Below, in pieces: positions 35,734-44,267 of a DNA stretch of 64,000 bases. Below the pieces are notes generated by a model. The model was not told where the DNA came from and ran no database searches. It saw only the letters and a list, made by a program, of their open reading frames with translations. A program made the translations under genes and the position numbers. The stretch spans positions 5,491 through 69,490 of the forward strand of contig CAWGPH010000006.1 in the NCBI GenBank assembly GCA_963824485.1, in the 5' to 3' direction. The stretch comes from an uncultured Actinomycetes bacterium (GTDB lineage Bacteria > Actinomycetota > Thermoleophilia > Solirubrobacterales > 70-9). Each line of letters opens with the position of its first letter. Position 1 is the stretch's first letter.

Positions 35734-36346
35734 GAGGCATCACCTGCCGATAGATCAGGTAACCGACGAACGCCCCGGCGGCGACGCCGATCAGGTACCA
35801 GAGCGCGGAGCGCTCGGATTCGCCGGCGGCGTCAACGGCTTCGGAGATCTGCGCCGTGCCTTCGGCGGTTTCACCGGCCGCGGCGTCTTCGACCGGAAGA
35901 CTGCCACCGGACCAGGCGACGACCTCCGTGTCGAGCGTGCCGCCGAGCCTTTCGGCGATCGGTTCGAGACGGCCAAGCAGCGCGTCACCTTCGGCCGAGC
36001 GTTCGAGCTGGGCGACGCCCTGGACGTGCTCGCGCAGCTGCTCGCTCACAATCCACCAGAGACGTTCGGACAGGGCTTCGAGGCGCTGCGACCAGACCCT
36101 GCAGGTTTCGTCGGCTTCGATACGGGAGTCCCGCTGTTCGACCACAGAGGGATCTGCCCCTTCAGCGGCCGGTTCAGGCAGGACCGGGCAAACTGGCCGT
36201 TCCGCCGCCGGGGCCGGTTCCAGAAATTCGGATTCATCGGGGACGTAGGGGACCGGTTCAGAAGCTGAAGCCAGGGCAGAGAAGGCCGAGGAGCCGACGA
36301 GCAGCCCCACGACCAAGAACAGCACCCCGAACCGGACCCGCGCCAA
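35726..36346 (-). CDS. Secreted/membrane-anchored hypothetical protein (206 aa)
   Basis: N-terminal signal/TM sequence MARVRFGVLFLVVGLLVGSSAFSALASA and a C-terminal TM helix LWYLIGVAAGAFVGYLIY. Confidence 0.55.
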   Translation of the reverse strand: MARVRFGVLFLVVGLLVGSSAFSALASASEPVPYVPDESEFLEPAPAAERPVCPVLPEPAAEGADPSVVEQRDSRIEADETCRVWSQRLEALSERLWWIVSEQLREHVQGVAQLERSAEGDALLGRLEPIAERLGGTLDTEVVAWSGGSLPVEDAAAGETAEGTAQISEAVDAAGESERSALWYLIGVAAGAFVGYLIYRQVMPRA

Positions 36347-36361
36347 CGTGGAAGCCCACGC

Positions 36362-36676
36362 CTACGCGGCTTTAGCGGCGAGCTTGACCGAGGTCGGGCG
36401 GAAGCTGCCCGGACGGCCATCGCCGATCGCCACGTCACCGAGGACCGCGACCGGAGCGAACTTCGGCGCCTTGGCGACATCGAAGTCGGCGGCCTCGTCG
36501 AGGGCGCGGAGCGCGCAGCGGACGGTCTGCGTCAGGCCGTCCGAGTTCTCGAAGGTGATCTCGTAGGCATCGCCGTACTCGATCTTCTCGCCGGTGGTGC
36601 GATCGACGAACTCACCGCCCTCCCTACTTTTGCCTAGGAGGTTGCCGGTGAACTGAACTGGGAATGAAGTACGCAT
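36362..36676 (-). CDS. Small soluble protein (104 aa), first gene of the element; ssDNA-binding (gV-like) role proposed from position only
   Basis: A GGGAGG RBS lies 5 nt upstream of the ATG. Size and position, just downstream of the non-coding region and upstream of the coat genes, mirror gV. No motif was recognised. Confidence 0.5.
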   Translation of the reverse strand: MRTSFPVQFTGNLLGKSREGGEFVDRTTGEKIEYGDAYEITFENSDGLTQTVRCALRALDEAADFDVAKAPKFAPVAVLGDVAIGDGRPGSFRPTSVKLAAKAA

Positions 36677-36782
36677 ATGCGCCTCCCGAAGTTATGGCGA
36701 GGGACACAGCAGGGCAGACAGAAAGCCGGAAACCGTACCCTCGCCAGGTGGTCTTAAGGACGCCGAAAACGTACCCGACCAG

Positions 36783-36810
36783 GAGGACCGCAAGAAATGT
36801 TATCGTGCGT
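36783..36810. other. Degenerate dif-like site (right junction of the prophage)
   Basis: GAGGACCGCAA-GAAATG-TTATCGTGCGT. The central hexamer and XerC-side arm match the left site (14 identical nt, AAGAAATGTTATCG), while the XerD-side arm matches in only 3/11 positions. Confidence 0.6.
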
Positions 36811-36877
36811 TAGATCTGAGCCTGGGACTCCGGGAGGTGGCTGGCGGCACCGGCCTGTCACGCCCAAGGTCGCTGGC

Positions 36878-37237
36878 TCAGTGGACGAACGCACGCAGCG
36901 CCACCGCGACCTCCGCCGCACTGAGCGGCCCGAAACGCAGGGTCCACGCGTCCCCGAGCTCTTGCACGAGGCTGAACCGGATACTCGCCGCCGCCAGTGC
37001 CGCCTCATGGATCTCCATCCGTTTGTAACCGCTGCGGCCCTGAAAGCTCGCGTCGAGCCCGTACTGACCCGAGTCGAGCGGCCAGATGCTCAGCTTGTCG
37101 GCAACTGGGCCCGTCGGGAGTGATGGAAGCGTCTCCACACCGGCAGTCTTCGGCTCACTTGCGGTCATCCTTGAGTCATCAATCCACCCAGGCACCTTGA
37201 AGTCGACATATCGACATAACTCTCGTAGCCGCTCCAT
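36878..37237 (-). CDS. Hypothetical protein (119 aa), outside the right junction
   Basis: ORF with non-artefactual composition and somewhat lower GC. No motif recognised. Confidence 0.4.
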   Translation of the reverse strand: MERLRELCRYVDFKVPGWIDDSRMTASEPKTAGVETLPSLPTGPVADKLSIWPLDSGQYGLDASFQGRSGYKRMEIHEAALAAASIRFSLVQELGDAWTLRFGPLSAAEVAVALRAFVH

Positions 37238-37256
37238 GAGGGCCGGCCCTCGATGA

Positions 37257-37295
37257 GTTCGCAGTTATCTCCGCTATGCGGAGATAACTGCGAAC
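37257..37295. repeat. 39-bp hairpin repeat family 1, copy C
   Basis: GTTCGCAGTTATCTCCG-CTATG-CGGAGATAACTGCGAAC. The stem is perfect, with an inner-stem sequence different from copies A and B. Confidence 0.8.
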
Positions 37296-37367
37296 GCCGG
37301 CCGGGCGGCCAGCGCGGCGCGCCGCGGGAACTCGCGGCGGCGGCTCATGAATTCATCTCCACCCTTC

Positions 37368-38045
37368 CTACCCGGCGAGCACCGCGCTACCCCTGATCAG
37401 CGGCCGGGCGATCGGCATCGCCTTCGGTAGCTTGCCGTGCTCGACCGCCTCGATCTCGAGGGCGGATGCGCCCAGCATCGCCTCGGTGTCGCGGTTGCAG
37501 TAGCAGCCGTCGGCCATGAAGCGCCACGGCTTCTCGAGTCGGTCCTGCCAGCGGGCGCGGCCGGGATCGTCGGAGCGGACGTGCTCGATGAAGAGGAGCC
37601 GGCCGCCCGGCTTCAGCACCCGGGCGAGCTCCGCCACCGCGGCGGCGGGGTCGGGGACCGTGCAGAGGACGAGCGTGGCGACTCCGGTGTCGAAGCTGTC
37701 GTCGGCGAAGGGGAGCGCTTCGGCGGGCGCTTCGACCAGGCGGCGAGGCACCGCGCCCCGGCCCTCTCCCAGCCGCTCGCGCAGGCGCGCCGCCATGTGC
37801 GCGTCGGGCTCGACCAGGGTCAGGTCCTCGATCCCGTCGTAGAGGTCCACGTTCACCCCGGTCCCGGCGCCGATCTCCACCACCCGGCCGCTCGCGCCGG
37901 CCAGCAGCGCCGCGCGCATCGCCCCCAGCCCGTTCTCCTCGCTCGCCTTCAGCGCGCGGTCGTAGAACCGCGCGAACGCCCGTCCCCAGGTCGCGTCGTA
38001 TGCCTTTCCCAGCGCTCCGGCCGCCATCTGCTCATTTGACCACAC
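37368..38045 (-). CDS. Class I SAM-dependent methyltransferase (Methyltransf_11-like)
   Basis: VVEIGAGTGVN motif I, FDTGVATLVLC and LKPGGRLLFIEH. Confidence 0.8.
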   Translation of the reverse strand: MWSNEQMAAGALGKAYDATWGRAFARFYDRALKASEENGLGAMRAALLAGASGRVVEIGAGTGVNVDLYDGIEDLTLVEPDAHMAARLRERLGEGRGAVPRRLVEAPAEALPFADDSFDTGVATLVLCTVPDPAAAVAELARVLKPGGRLLFIEHVRSDDPGRARWQDRLEKPWRFMADGCYCNRDTEAMLGASALEIEAVEHGKLPKAMPIARPLIRGSAVLAG

Positions 38046-38070
38046 CAGGGTGGGGTTGATGCGGCAAACG

Positions 38071-38925
38071 TCAGTTGATGGCGCGGTCCGCGGCGCTCTT
38101 CCGCGCCCGCTCCTCGTAGGCGGCGCGCGCCCCGTGGTCGACCTCGGTCATCAGCTTGTCGGTCCCCATCGCCCGCCCGATCCACTCGGCCGTGGCGCGC
38201 GGCAGCAACGCCGTGGTGCGGATCAGGGCGCCGTTCGACTTCGGCACGTAGACATCGAAGCGAGGCACCTCGAGGGCATCCACGATCGCCTCGGCGACGT
38301 CGGTCGCCTCTACCGGTTTCACCCGTTTCTGGCCGACGCCAGCGGTCAGTTCGGTGTTGACCACGGTCGGCATCACGCAGGAGACCTCGATATCGCGACC
38401 GTGCAGCTCCGCCCGCACCGACTCGCTCAGGCCGACCACGGCGTGCTTGGTCGCCGTGTAGGTGACGATCCCGGGCGCCGAAACCTTGCCCGCCAGCGAG
38501 GCGATGTTGACGATGTGGCCGCAGTTGCGGGGGATCATCCGCCGCATCGCCAGCTGGGTGCCGTGGATGACACCGATCAGGTTGATCTCGATCTGGCGCC
38601 GGAACGAGTCCTCCGACTCCTCGACGAACGGCGTCACCGGCATGATCCCGGCGTTGTTGATCACCACGTCGAGTGGGCCGAGCTGGCGCTCCGCCCCGTC
38701 GAGGAACTCCTCGAAGGAGCCGCGGTCGGAGACGTCGAGCGCCAGCGCCACGCTGCCACCGCCGAGCGCCGCCGCCGTCTGTTCGGCCAGTGCCAGGTCG
38801 ACGTCGCCGATCGCCACCCGGCAACCGCGCCGCACCAGCGCTTCCGCCGTCGCCTTGCCGATGCCCCGCGCGCCGCCGGTGATCGCCACCACCTTGCCGT
38901 TCAGAGACCGCCGCTGCTTCGCCAT
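38071..38925 (-). CDS. Short-chain dehydrogenase/reductase (classical SDR)
   Basis: TGGARGIG, NNAG and the catalytic YTATKHAV. Confidence 0.85.
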   Translation of the reverse strand: MAKQRRSLNGKVVAITGGARGIGKATAEALVRRGCRVAIGDVDLALAEQTAAALGGGSVALALDVSDRGSFEEFLDGAERQLGPLDVVINNAGIMPVTPFVEESEDSFRRQIEINLIGVIHGTQLAMRRMIPRNCGHIVNIASLAGKVSAPGIVTYTATKHAVVGLSESVRAELHGRDIEVSCVMPTVVNTELTAGVGQKRVKPVEATDVAEAIVDALEVPRFDVYVPKSNGALIRTTALLPRATAEWIGRAMGTDKLMTEVDHGARAAYEERARKSAADRAIN

Positions 38926-38944
38926 GAAGAACTCCTCCTCCCGG

Positions 38945-40138
38945 CTACCCGGCCGGTTTGTAGACGGTGACCACGGCGGCGCCGCCGAGGCCGATGTTGT
39001 GTTGCAGGGCGATCTTCGCCCCCTCCACCTGGCGCTTGCCCGCTTCCCCTCGCAGCTGCCAGGTCAATTCCGAGCACTGGGCCAGCCCGGTCGCGCCGAG
39101 CGGGTGCCCCTTCGAGATCAGCCCGCCCGAGGGGTTGACCACCACCTGGCCGCCGAAGGTCGTCGCCTCCGCCTCGACCAGCTTGTGCGCCTCGCCCTCC
39201 TCGGCGAACCCGAGCGCTTCGTAGGTGATGAGCTCGTTGGCGCTGAAGCAGTCGTGGAGCTCGCAGACGTCGACCTCGTGGGCGGCCACCTCGGCCTCCT
39301 CGTAGGCGGCACGCGCCGCGGTCCGCGACATCTCCGAGCCGACGATCGTCATGCAGTCGGCGTCCTCGTCGAAGGTCGAGGAGAGGTCGGTGACCATCGA
39401 CTGGCCGGCGATCTCCACCGCCTTGTCCCAGAGATCGTGGGCGTCGACGTAACGCTCGGAGGCGACGATCGCGCAGGCGGCGCCGTCCGAGGTCGGCGAG
39501 CACTGCAGCTTGGTCAGCGGGTCGTGGATCATCTTCGCCGCCTTGATGTCCGCCAGCGTGTACTCGTCCTGGAACTGGGCGTAGGGGTTGTTGACCGAGT
39601 GCTTGTGGTTCTTCCAGCCGATCCAGGCGAAGTGGTCTGGGGTCGAGCCGTATTTCTCCATGTGGTCGCGGCCGGCGTTGCCGAACATCTGCGGGGCAGG
39701 CGGCGAGGCCTCGGGGTCGCGGATTTCGAACATCCGCATCGCGTGTTTGTCGAGCGCGTTGGTGCGGTCGGTGTACTTGACGCCGAGGCTGCCCGGCTCC
39801 ATCTTCTCGAAGCCGACCGCGAGCGCGCAGTCGACGAGGCCGCCCTTGACCGCCTGACGGGCGAGGAAGAGCGCCGAGGAGCCGGTCGAGCAGTTGTTGT
39901 TGACGTTGACGACGGGGATCCCGGTCAGGCCGAGGCCGTAGAGGGCGCGCTGGCCGTAGGTCGAGTCGCCGTAGCAGTAGCCCGCGTAGGCCTGCTCGAC
40001 GTCCTCATAAGGGACGCCGGCGTCGGCGAGCGCCTTCTCCCCCGCCTCGACCGCCCAGTCCGGGTAGTCGCCCTCCTTCGTCCCGGGCTTCTCGAACTTG
40101 GTCATCCCGACCCCGATCACGAACGTGCGATTGCTCAA
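38945..40138 (-). CDS. Thiolase-fold lipid-transfer/SCP2-type thiolase
   Basis: Thiolase-like sequence with [11 protein letters not shown] (active Cys) and C-terminal GHPLGATG ... [10 protein letters not shown]. Confidence 0.85.
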   Translation of the reverse strand: MSNRTFVIGVGMTKFEKPGTKEGDYPDWAVEAGEKALADAGVPYEDVEQAYAGYCYGDSTYGQRALYGLGLTGIPVVNVNNNCSTGSSALFLARQAVKGGLVDCALAVGFEKMEPGSLGVKYTDRTNALDKHAMRMFEIRDPEASPPAPQMFGNAGRDHMEKYGSTPDHFAWIGWKNHKHSVNNPYAQFQDEYTLADIKAAKMIHDPLTKLQCSPTSDGAACAIVASERYVDAHDLWDKAVEIAGQSMVTDLSSTFDEDADCMTIVGSEMSRTAARAAYEEAEVAAHEVDVCELHDCFSANELITYEALGFAEEGEAHKLVEAEATTFGGQVVVNPSGGLISKGHPLGATGLAQCSELTWQLRGEAGKRQVEGAKIALQHNIGLGGAAVVTVYKPAG

Positions 40139-40221
40139 CTCTCGGCTCCTCCCGGCGGCCGCCGCCCCACGGCGACCTGTTTGGCTGGCTGGCCAGTAAG
40201 TTAGCGGACCCCGCCCGGCGC

Positions 40222-40260
40222 GTTCGCACTTTGCTTCGCTATCCGACGATTTCTGCGAAC
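40222..40260. repeat. 39-bp hairpin repeat family 1, copy D (degenerate stem)
   Basis: GTTCGCACTTTGCTTCG-CTATC-CGACGATTTCTGCGAAC. The termini and loop are conserved but the inner stem is mismatched. Confidence 0.7.
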
Positions 40261-40264
40261 GCGT

Positions 40265-41347
40265 TCAGGGCGATTCGGTGGGGCCGGGATAGATGCGGAA
40301 GGCGAGCCAGGCGATCGCGATCCCGATCGCCGTCCCCAGCGCCCGCTGCGCGTCGGCGTGCAGGGCGGTCTCGCCGAGGGTGTCGGTGAGCAGGACGACG
40401 TAGGTGGTGATCGCCGCCGTGAACAGCGCGTACTGGACGGTCAACAGGCCGAAGGTGAGCGCGGCGGAGACGCTGAGCGCGATCACGACCCACGGCTCGA
40501 CCCCGGAGAAGGCGGCGGCGAGACCGGTGGCGATCCCGAGGCCGAGCGCGGTCCCGACCGCGCGCAGGATGAGGCGGTGGTCGGTCTCGTCGCGTTCGGG
40601 GCGTAGGACGAAGAGCAGGGTCAGTGGGATCCAGTAGCCGTGCTCATGCAGTTCCAGCACCCGGTAGAGGGCGACGCCGACCGCGAGCGCGGTGCCGAAG
40701 CGGAGCGCGTGGCGGGCCGCCTGCGATTCGAGGGTGAAGTTGGAGCGCAGGCGCGCCTTGGTGCGCCGCCAGTCCCAGCCGCTGTCGTTGTCGGGGCTGC
40801 GATCGTGGACGAGCCAGACGCACCCCGCCCAGGCCGCCTGCAGCAGCCCGCCGAGCGTGCCGTAGAGGAAGGCGGGAAGCACGTCGGAGGCAGGCAGGAA
40901 GAAGCCCTGGCTGAGCACCAGCGCGACCGCCGCGCCGAAGCCGACGAAGGCGAGCCGGAGGGTGTCGGCGAAGCAGTAGCCGGAGGCGGCGGCGATCAGG
41001 CCCATCGCGAGCACGGCGGCGGGCGCCGACTGGCTGGAGAGGATGCCGAGCGCCGCTCCCGCCCCGACCAGCGGCGCGGCGCCCGCCTGCCAGAGCGCGC
41101 GCGGGCCGGCGGGCGCGTCGAGCGCCGTGAAGCCGCAGACGAAGGCAGCGGCGGCGATCGCCCCGCGCGAGGGCCAGTCGAAGGAGAACTCGAAGATCAG
41201 CGCGAGCGCGATCGGCACCGCGACCAGGGCGCCGCGGCGCAGCGCCGGGCCGGGCGCGGCGGGGCCGATCGAGAAGAGCGGCGAGGCGCGCAGGCGCTCC
41301 ATCTCGCCCGAGGCGTCGTAGAGCCGGGGCCTGGTCGGGGTGGGCAT
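40265..41347 (-). CDS. Integral membrane protein, FUSC-like
   Basis: Multi-TM protein with YWIPLTLLFVLRPE, which resembles the FUSC family. The ATG at 41347 is chosen because the upstream part of the track ORF is Arg/Gly-rich. Confidence 0.6.
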   Translation of the reverse strand: MPTPTRPRLYDASGEMERLRASPLFSIGPAAPGPALRRGALVAVPIALALIFEFSFDWPSRGAIAAAAFVCGFTALDAPAGPRALWQAGAAPLVGAGAALGILSSQSAPAAVLAMGLIAAASGYCFADTLRLAFVGFGAAVALVLSQGFFLPASDVLPAFLYGTLGGLLQAAWAGCVWLVHDRSPDNDSGWDWRRTKARLRSNFTLESQAARHALRFGTALAVGVALYRVLELHEHGYWIPLTLLFVLRPERDETDHRLILRAVGTALGLGIATGLAAAFSGVEPWVVIALSVSAALTFGLLTVQYALFTAAITTYVVLLTDTLGETALHADAQRALGTAIGIAIAWLAFRIYPGPTESP

Positions 41348-41371
41348 CGCGGCGAAGTATCCTGGGGGGCC

Positions 41372-42121
41372 GTGACGCTTGCCGACATCAGCGGCGACCC
41401 CGCGGCCGGGGTAGGAATCCTCGCGGCGCTCGCGGCGGGGCTCGTCTCCTTCCTCTCCCCCTGCGTGCTGCCGCTCGTTCCCGGCTACCTCTCGGCGGTC
41501 ACCGGGGTGTCGGCGGCGGAGCTCGAGGACGCCGACTGGCGCCGCGTGCTCGGCCCCAGCCTGATCTTCGTCGCCAGCTTCTCGTCGATCTTCATCCTGC
41601 TCGGGCTGACCGCGACCGGGCTCGGCTCCTTCCTCTCCTCGAACAAGCCGCTGCTGACCCAGATCTCGGGGTGGCTGATCATCGCGATGGGCGCCCTCTT
41701 CGTCGGTTCCCTCTTCATCACCCGGCTGAACCGTGAGTGGCATGTCGACGCGTTGCTCTCACGGGCCGGGAAAGGGGGCCCGATCGTCGCCGGCGCCGCC
41801 TTCGCGATCGCCTGGTCACCCTGCATCGGGCCGACCCTCGGCGCGATCCTCTCGGCCGCGGCGGCCTCCGGCTCGGCGGCCCGCGGCGGCTTCCTGCTGG
41901 CGGTCTACTCGGCGGGCCTGGCGATCCCCTTCCTCGTCACCGCCCTCGCCTTCTCGCGGATGACCACCGCCTTCGCCGTGATCAAGCGCCACTACCAGGT
42001 GATCGTCGCGGTCGGCGGGCTGATCCTGATCGTGATGGGGATCCTGATCGTCAGCGGGGAATTCAAGCAACTGAACATCGAAGCCCAGAACTGGTCCTCC
42101 AACCTGGGCCTGGAACGCTGA
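41372..42121 (+). CDS. ccdA: Cytochrome c biogenesis thiol-disulfide transporter CcdA/DsbD-core family
   Basis: FLSPCVLPLVPGYL and AWSPCIGPTLGAIL, the two conserved Cys motifs, and 6 TM helices. A GTG start at 41372 is assumed. Confidence 0.8.
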   Translation: MTLADISGDPAAGVGILAALAAGLVSFLSPCVLPLVPGYLSAVTGVSAAELEDADWRRVLGPSLIFVASFSSIFILLGLTATGLGSFLSSNKPLLTQISGWLIIAMGALFVGSLFITRLNREWHVDALLSRAGKGGPIVAGAAFAIAWSPCIGPTLGAILSAAAASGSAARGGFLLAVYSAGLAIPFLVTALAFSRMTTAFAVIKRHYQVIVAVGGLILIVMGILIVSGEFKQLNIEAQNWSSNLGLER

Positions 42122-42144
42122 GCCGGGCGGCCGAGCGGAGTCCA

Positions 42145-42181
42145 ATCGTTCCTGTGTCCGCATAGCGGATACAGGAACGAT
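42145..42181. repeat. Hairpin repeat related to family 1 (variant)
   Basis: ATCGTTCCTGTGTCCG-CATAG-CGGATACAGGAACGAT. It shares the CCG-C(A/T)ATG-CGG apex with copy C and has one stem mismatch. Confidence 0.55.
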
Positions 42182-42228
42182 CAGCGTCTGCAATTCATCG
42201 CCCCAGACGGTCAAACGCGGAGGCTCAG

Positions 42229-42510
42229 TTAATTCCGCGTCGCCGGGACGGCCGTCTCGAGCTCCTGGCCGATCGCCTCGGTGATCTCGAGCCCTTCGTC
42301 TTCCATGTCGCGCGAACAGACGATGCGGAAGCGGCCGGTGCCGATCTCGGCGTCGGGGACGACGGGGAGGCCGCGGATGTGGTCCCAGCCGAGGCGTTCG
42401 GCCTCGAAGGGGTTCATCCTCACCTCGGCCGCCGGGAAGGGGCAGTTCGCGTTGTGCTGGTCGATCGCCCGGGAGATCGCCTCGAGGTTCTTCGCCTCAG
42501 GGGAAGCCAT
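42229..42510 (-). CDS. Hypothetical protein (93 aa)
   Basis: Plausible composition from the ATG at 42510 (MASPEAKNLEAISRAIDQH...). No motif recognised. Confidence 0.45.
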   Translation of the reverse strand: MASPEAKNLEAISRAIDQHNANCPFPAAEVRMNPFEAERLGWDHIRGLPVVPDAEIGTGRFRIVCSRDMEDEGLEITEAIGQELETAVPATRN

Positions 42511-42532
42511 CGCCAAAGGATAGGGAGCGAGG

Positions 42533-43237
42533 TCAGTTCCCGGTCGGCGCGACGTCCGCGGCGAGGAGGTCGACGGCATCGACGCCGCGCCAACTCCCCC
42601 GTGCCGCCTCGACCGCGAAGCGGGCGAACCAGGACTCGGAGAACCAGCCGCCGTCACGCTGCGACTTGACCGCCTCCTGGTGGATGCCGGGCGCGTAGGC
42701 GAAGGCGGTCGCGGCACCGGTGTCGCGCCAGAAGGAGAGCGTGCCGGTGTCGAGTCGCACCGGGTCGTCGATGAAGCCGTCGGACCAGAGTCGGCCCTCG
42801 GCGCGCTCCAGCGCGCGGACCACGGGGCGGTCGGCGACCAGGAAGCGGGTCATCCTGGCGGGGCGGGTGCGCGAGTGGGTGATCAGGACGGCCGGGCCGG
42901 GGCGCGGCTCGGAGCGCTCCCCGGCGAGTGGGTCGCCGCCGAGCCAGGAGCCGAAGCTCTGGACCGGGCGCAGGGTGAGGGCGAGGTGCTCGCGAGCACT
43001 GTCCCAGCGCCGCGGCGGGCCGGCGCGAAAGCGTTCGAGCGCCGCCTCGTCCCGCCACAGCGCGAAGTAGTAGGCGATCGTCGATTGCGGCACCGGCAGG
43101 GGCATCGAGCGCAACCGCATCGGCAGCAGCAGCCGGGCGAAGGCGGCATCGCTCCGACGGCCCGCCCGGCGCGCCGCCAACGCCTCCCACTCCGCGATGC
43201 CGAGCGGGAACCGGACGAGATCGAGCGAGGCGATCAC
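42533..43237 (-). CDS. Hypothetical protein (234 aa)
   Basis: Non-artefactual composition. No family is confidently recognised. Confidence 0.5.
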   Translation of the reverse strand: MIASLDLVRFPLGIAEWEALAARRAGRRSDAAFARLLLPMRLRSMPLPVPQSTIAYYFALWRDEAALERFRAGPPRRWDSAREHLALTLRPVQSFGSWLGGDPLAGERSEPRPGPAVLITHSRTRPARMTRFLVADRPVVRALERAEGRLWSDGFIDDPVRLDTGTLSFWRDTGAATAFAYAPGIHQEAVKSQRDGGWFSESWFARFAVEAARGSWRGVDAVDLLAADVAPTGN

Positions 43238-43260
43238 GACCAGACGCCGCCGTTGGGCAT

Positions 43261-44196
43261 CTAGCCCGCGAAGCGGCCGGCCAGCCAGGACTCGATGTCC
43301 TCGTTGGCGGCCGCCGCCATCGCGATCGGGAACGAGAGGAAGCCGTGGAGGGACTCGGGGTAGACCTTCAGGTCCACCTCCCCACCGGCCGTCGAGAGCC
43401 GCATCGCCATCGCCAGGCTGTCCTCGAGCACGAGGTCCTCGGTCCCGACCGAGAGCAGGGCCGGCGGCAGGCCGCGAAGGTCACCGAAGATCGGTGAGAT
43501 GTCGGGGTTCGTGCGGTCGTCGACGTCGCCGACGTAGGCGTCGATGAAGAACTCGTTGGCGTGCGGGCGACCGCCCGGCGTCTGGCCACTGAGGTCGAAG
43601 GCGCCGTACTGGAGGGCCGCGGCGACGAAGGGCCTATGGAGGCCCTTGTCGCGGAGCCGCAGCAGGGTCGTCATCGCCAGGTTGGCGCCCGCCGAGCCGC
43701 CGCCGATCGCCAGGCGCGAGGTGCCGAACCGGGTCGCGGACGCCTCGAGGAGCCAGAGAGCGGCGGTCTCGCAGTCGTCGGGCGCGGCGGGCCAGGGATG
43801 CTCCGGGGCGAGCCGGTAGTCGACGCTGACCACGGCGACACCGAGCGCGTCGGCCATCCGGCGATTGCGGAAGTCGCTGCGCGCCGCTCGGCTCATATAG
43901 AAGCCGCCACCGTGGATCTCGAGGAGGACCCCTCGCGGCGGGGCGCCCTGAGGCTCGGTGACCCGCACCGGAACCCGCCGTCCGCCGGCCACGGCCACCA
44001 TCGCGATCGCCGGGGGTCCCTCCGGGTCGGGTCGCTTCGACAGCCCGGTCCGATGCGCTTCGAGCCCGTCCGGCGTGCTCGGATCGATTTCGGTGTGCGG
44101 GTTGGCCGCCACCTCCGCCGCGGTGTTGAACTCCCGCGCCTCCTCGACGAATGCGGCAAGCCTGCCGTCGATCAGGTTGTCCATTCCGACCCGCAT
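43261..44196 (-). CDS. Alpha/beta hydrolase, esterase/lipase (HSL-like)
   Basis: HGGGF oxyanion motif (LLEIHGGGFYM) and GGSAGAN nucleophile elbow. The start is chosen at an internal ATG to avoid overlap with the divergent gene; 44208 and 44274 are alternatives. Confidence 0.75.
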   Translation of the reverse strand: MRVGMDNLIDGRLAAFVEEAREFNTAAEVAANPHTEIDPSTPDGLEAHRTGLSKRPDPEGPPAIAMVAVAGGRRVPVRVTEPQGAPPRGVLLEIHGGGFYMSRAARSDFRNRRMADALGVAVVSVDYRLAPEHPWPAAPDDCETAALWLLEASATRFGTSRLAIGGGSAGANLAMTTLLRLRDKGLHRPFVAAALQYGAFDLSGQTPGGRPHANEFFIDAYVGDVDDRTNPDISPIFGDLRGLPPALLSVGTEDLVLEDSLAMAMRLSTAGGEVDLKVYPESLHGFLSFPIAMAAAANEDIESWLAGRFAG

Positions 44197-44267
44197 CTTC
44201 CCTTCCATTTCTACCGGGGCGGCCCTCGCGGCGTAGCCGAGTGCGGGAAGATGTCGGAGTGGATGCG

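Larger units (their letters stand above)
28891..36799 (-). mobile_element. Integrated filamentous-phage-like (inovirus-like) element, about 7.9 kb
   Basis: About 15 co-oriented, tightly coupled genes with a Zot/pI ATPase, coat-like proteins, pIII-like and pVI-like proteins and a Rep candidate, flanked by a dif/pseudo-dif pair. There are no integrase, secretin or capsid genes. Confidence 0.8.

Noticed and set aside
28874-36810. Tyrosine/serine-integrase prophage or ICE interpretation of the block
   Set aside because: There are no integrase, excisionase, tRNA target, conjugation or tailed-phage structural genes. The flanking repeat has dif architecture, so Xer-dependent integration is the simpler explanation.
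36878-37237. 119-aa ORF as part of the prophage, for example a repressor
   Set aside because: It lies outside the right dif-like junction and is separated from the coupled operon. No HTH motif was recognised. It is kept as a flanking hypothetical gene, although a remnant of an older IMEX cannot be excluded.
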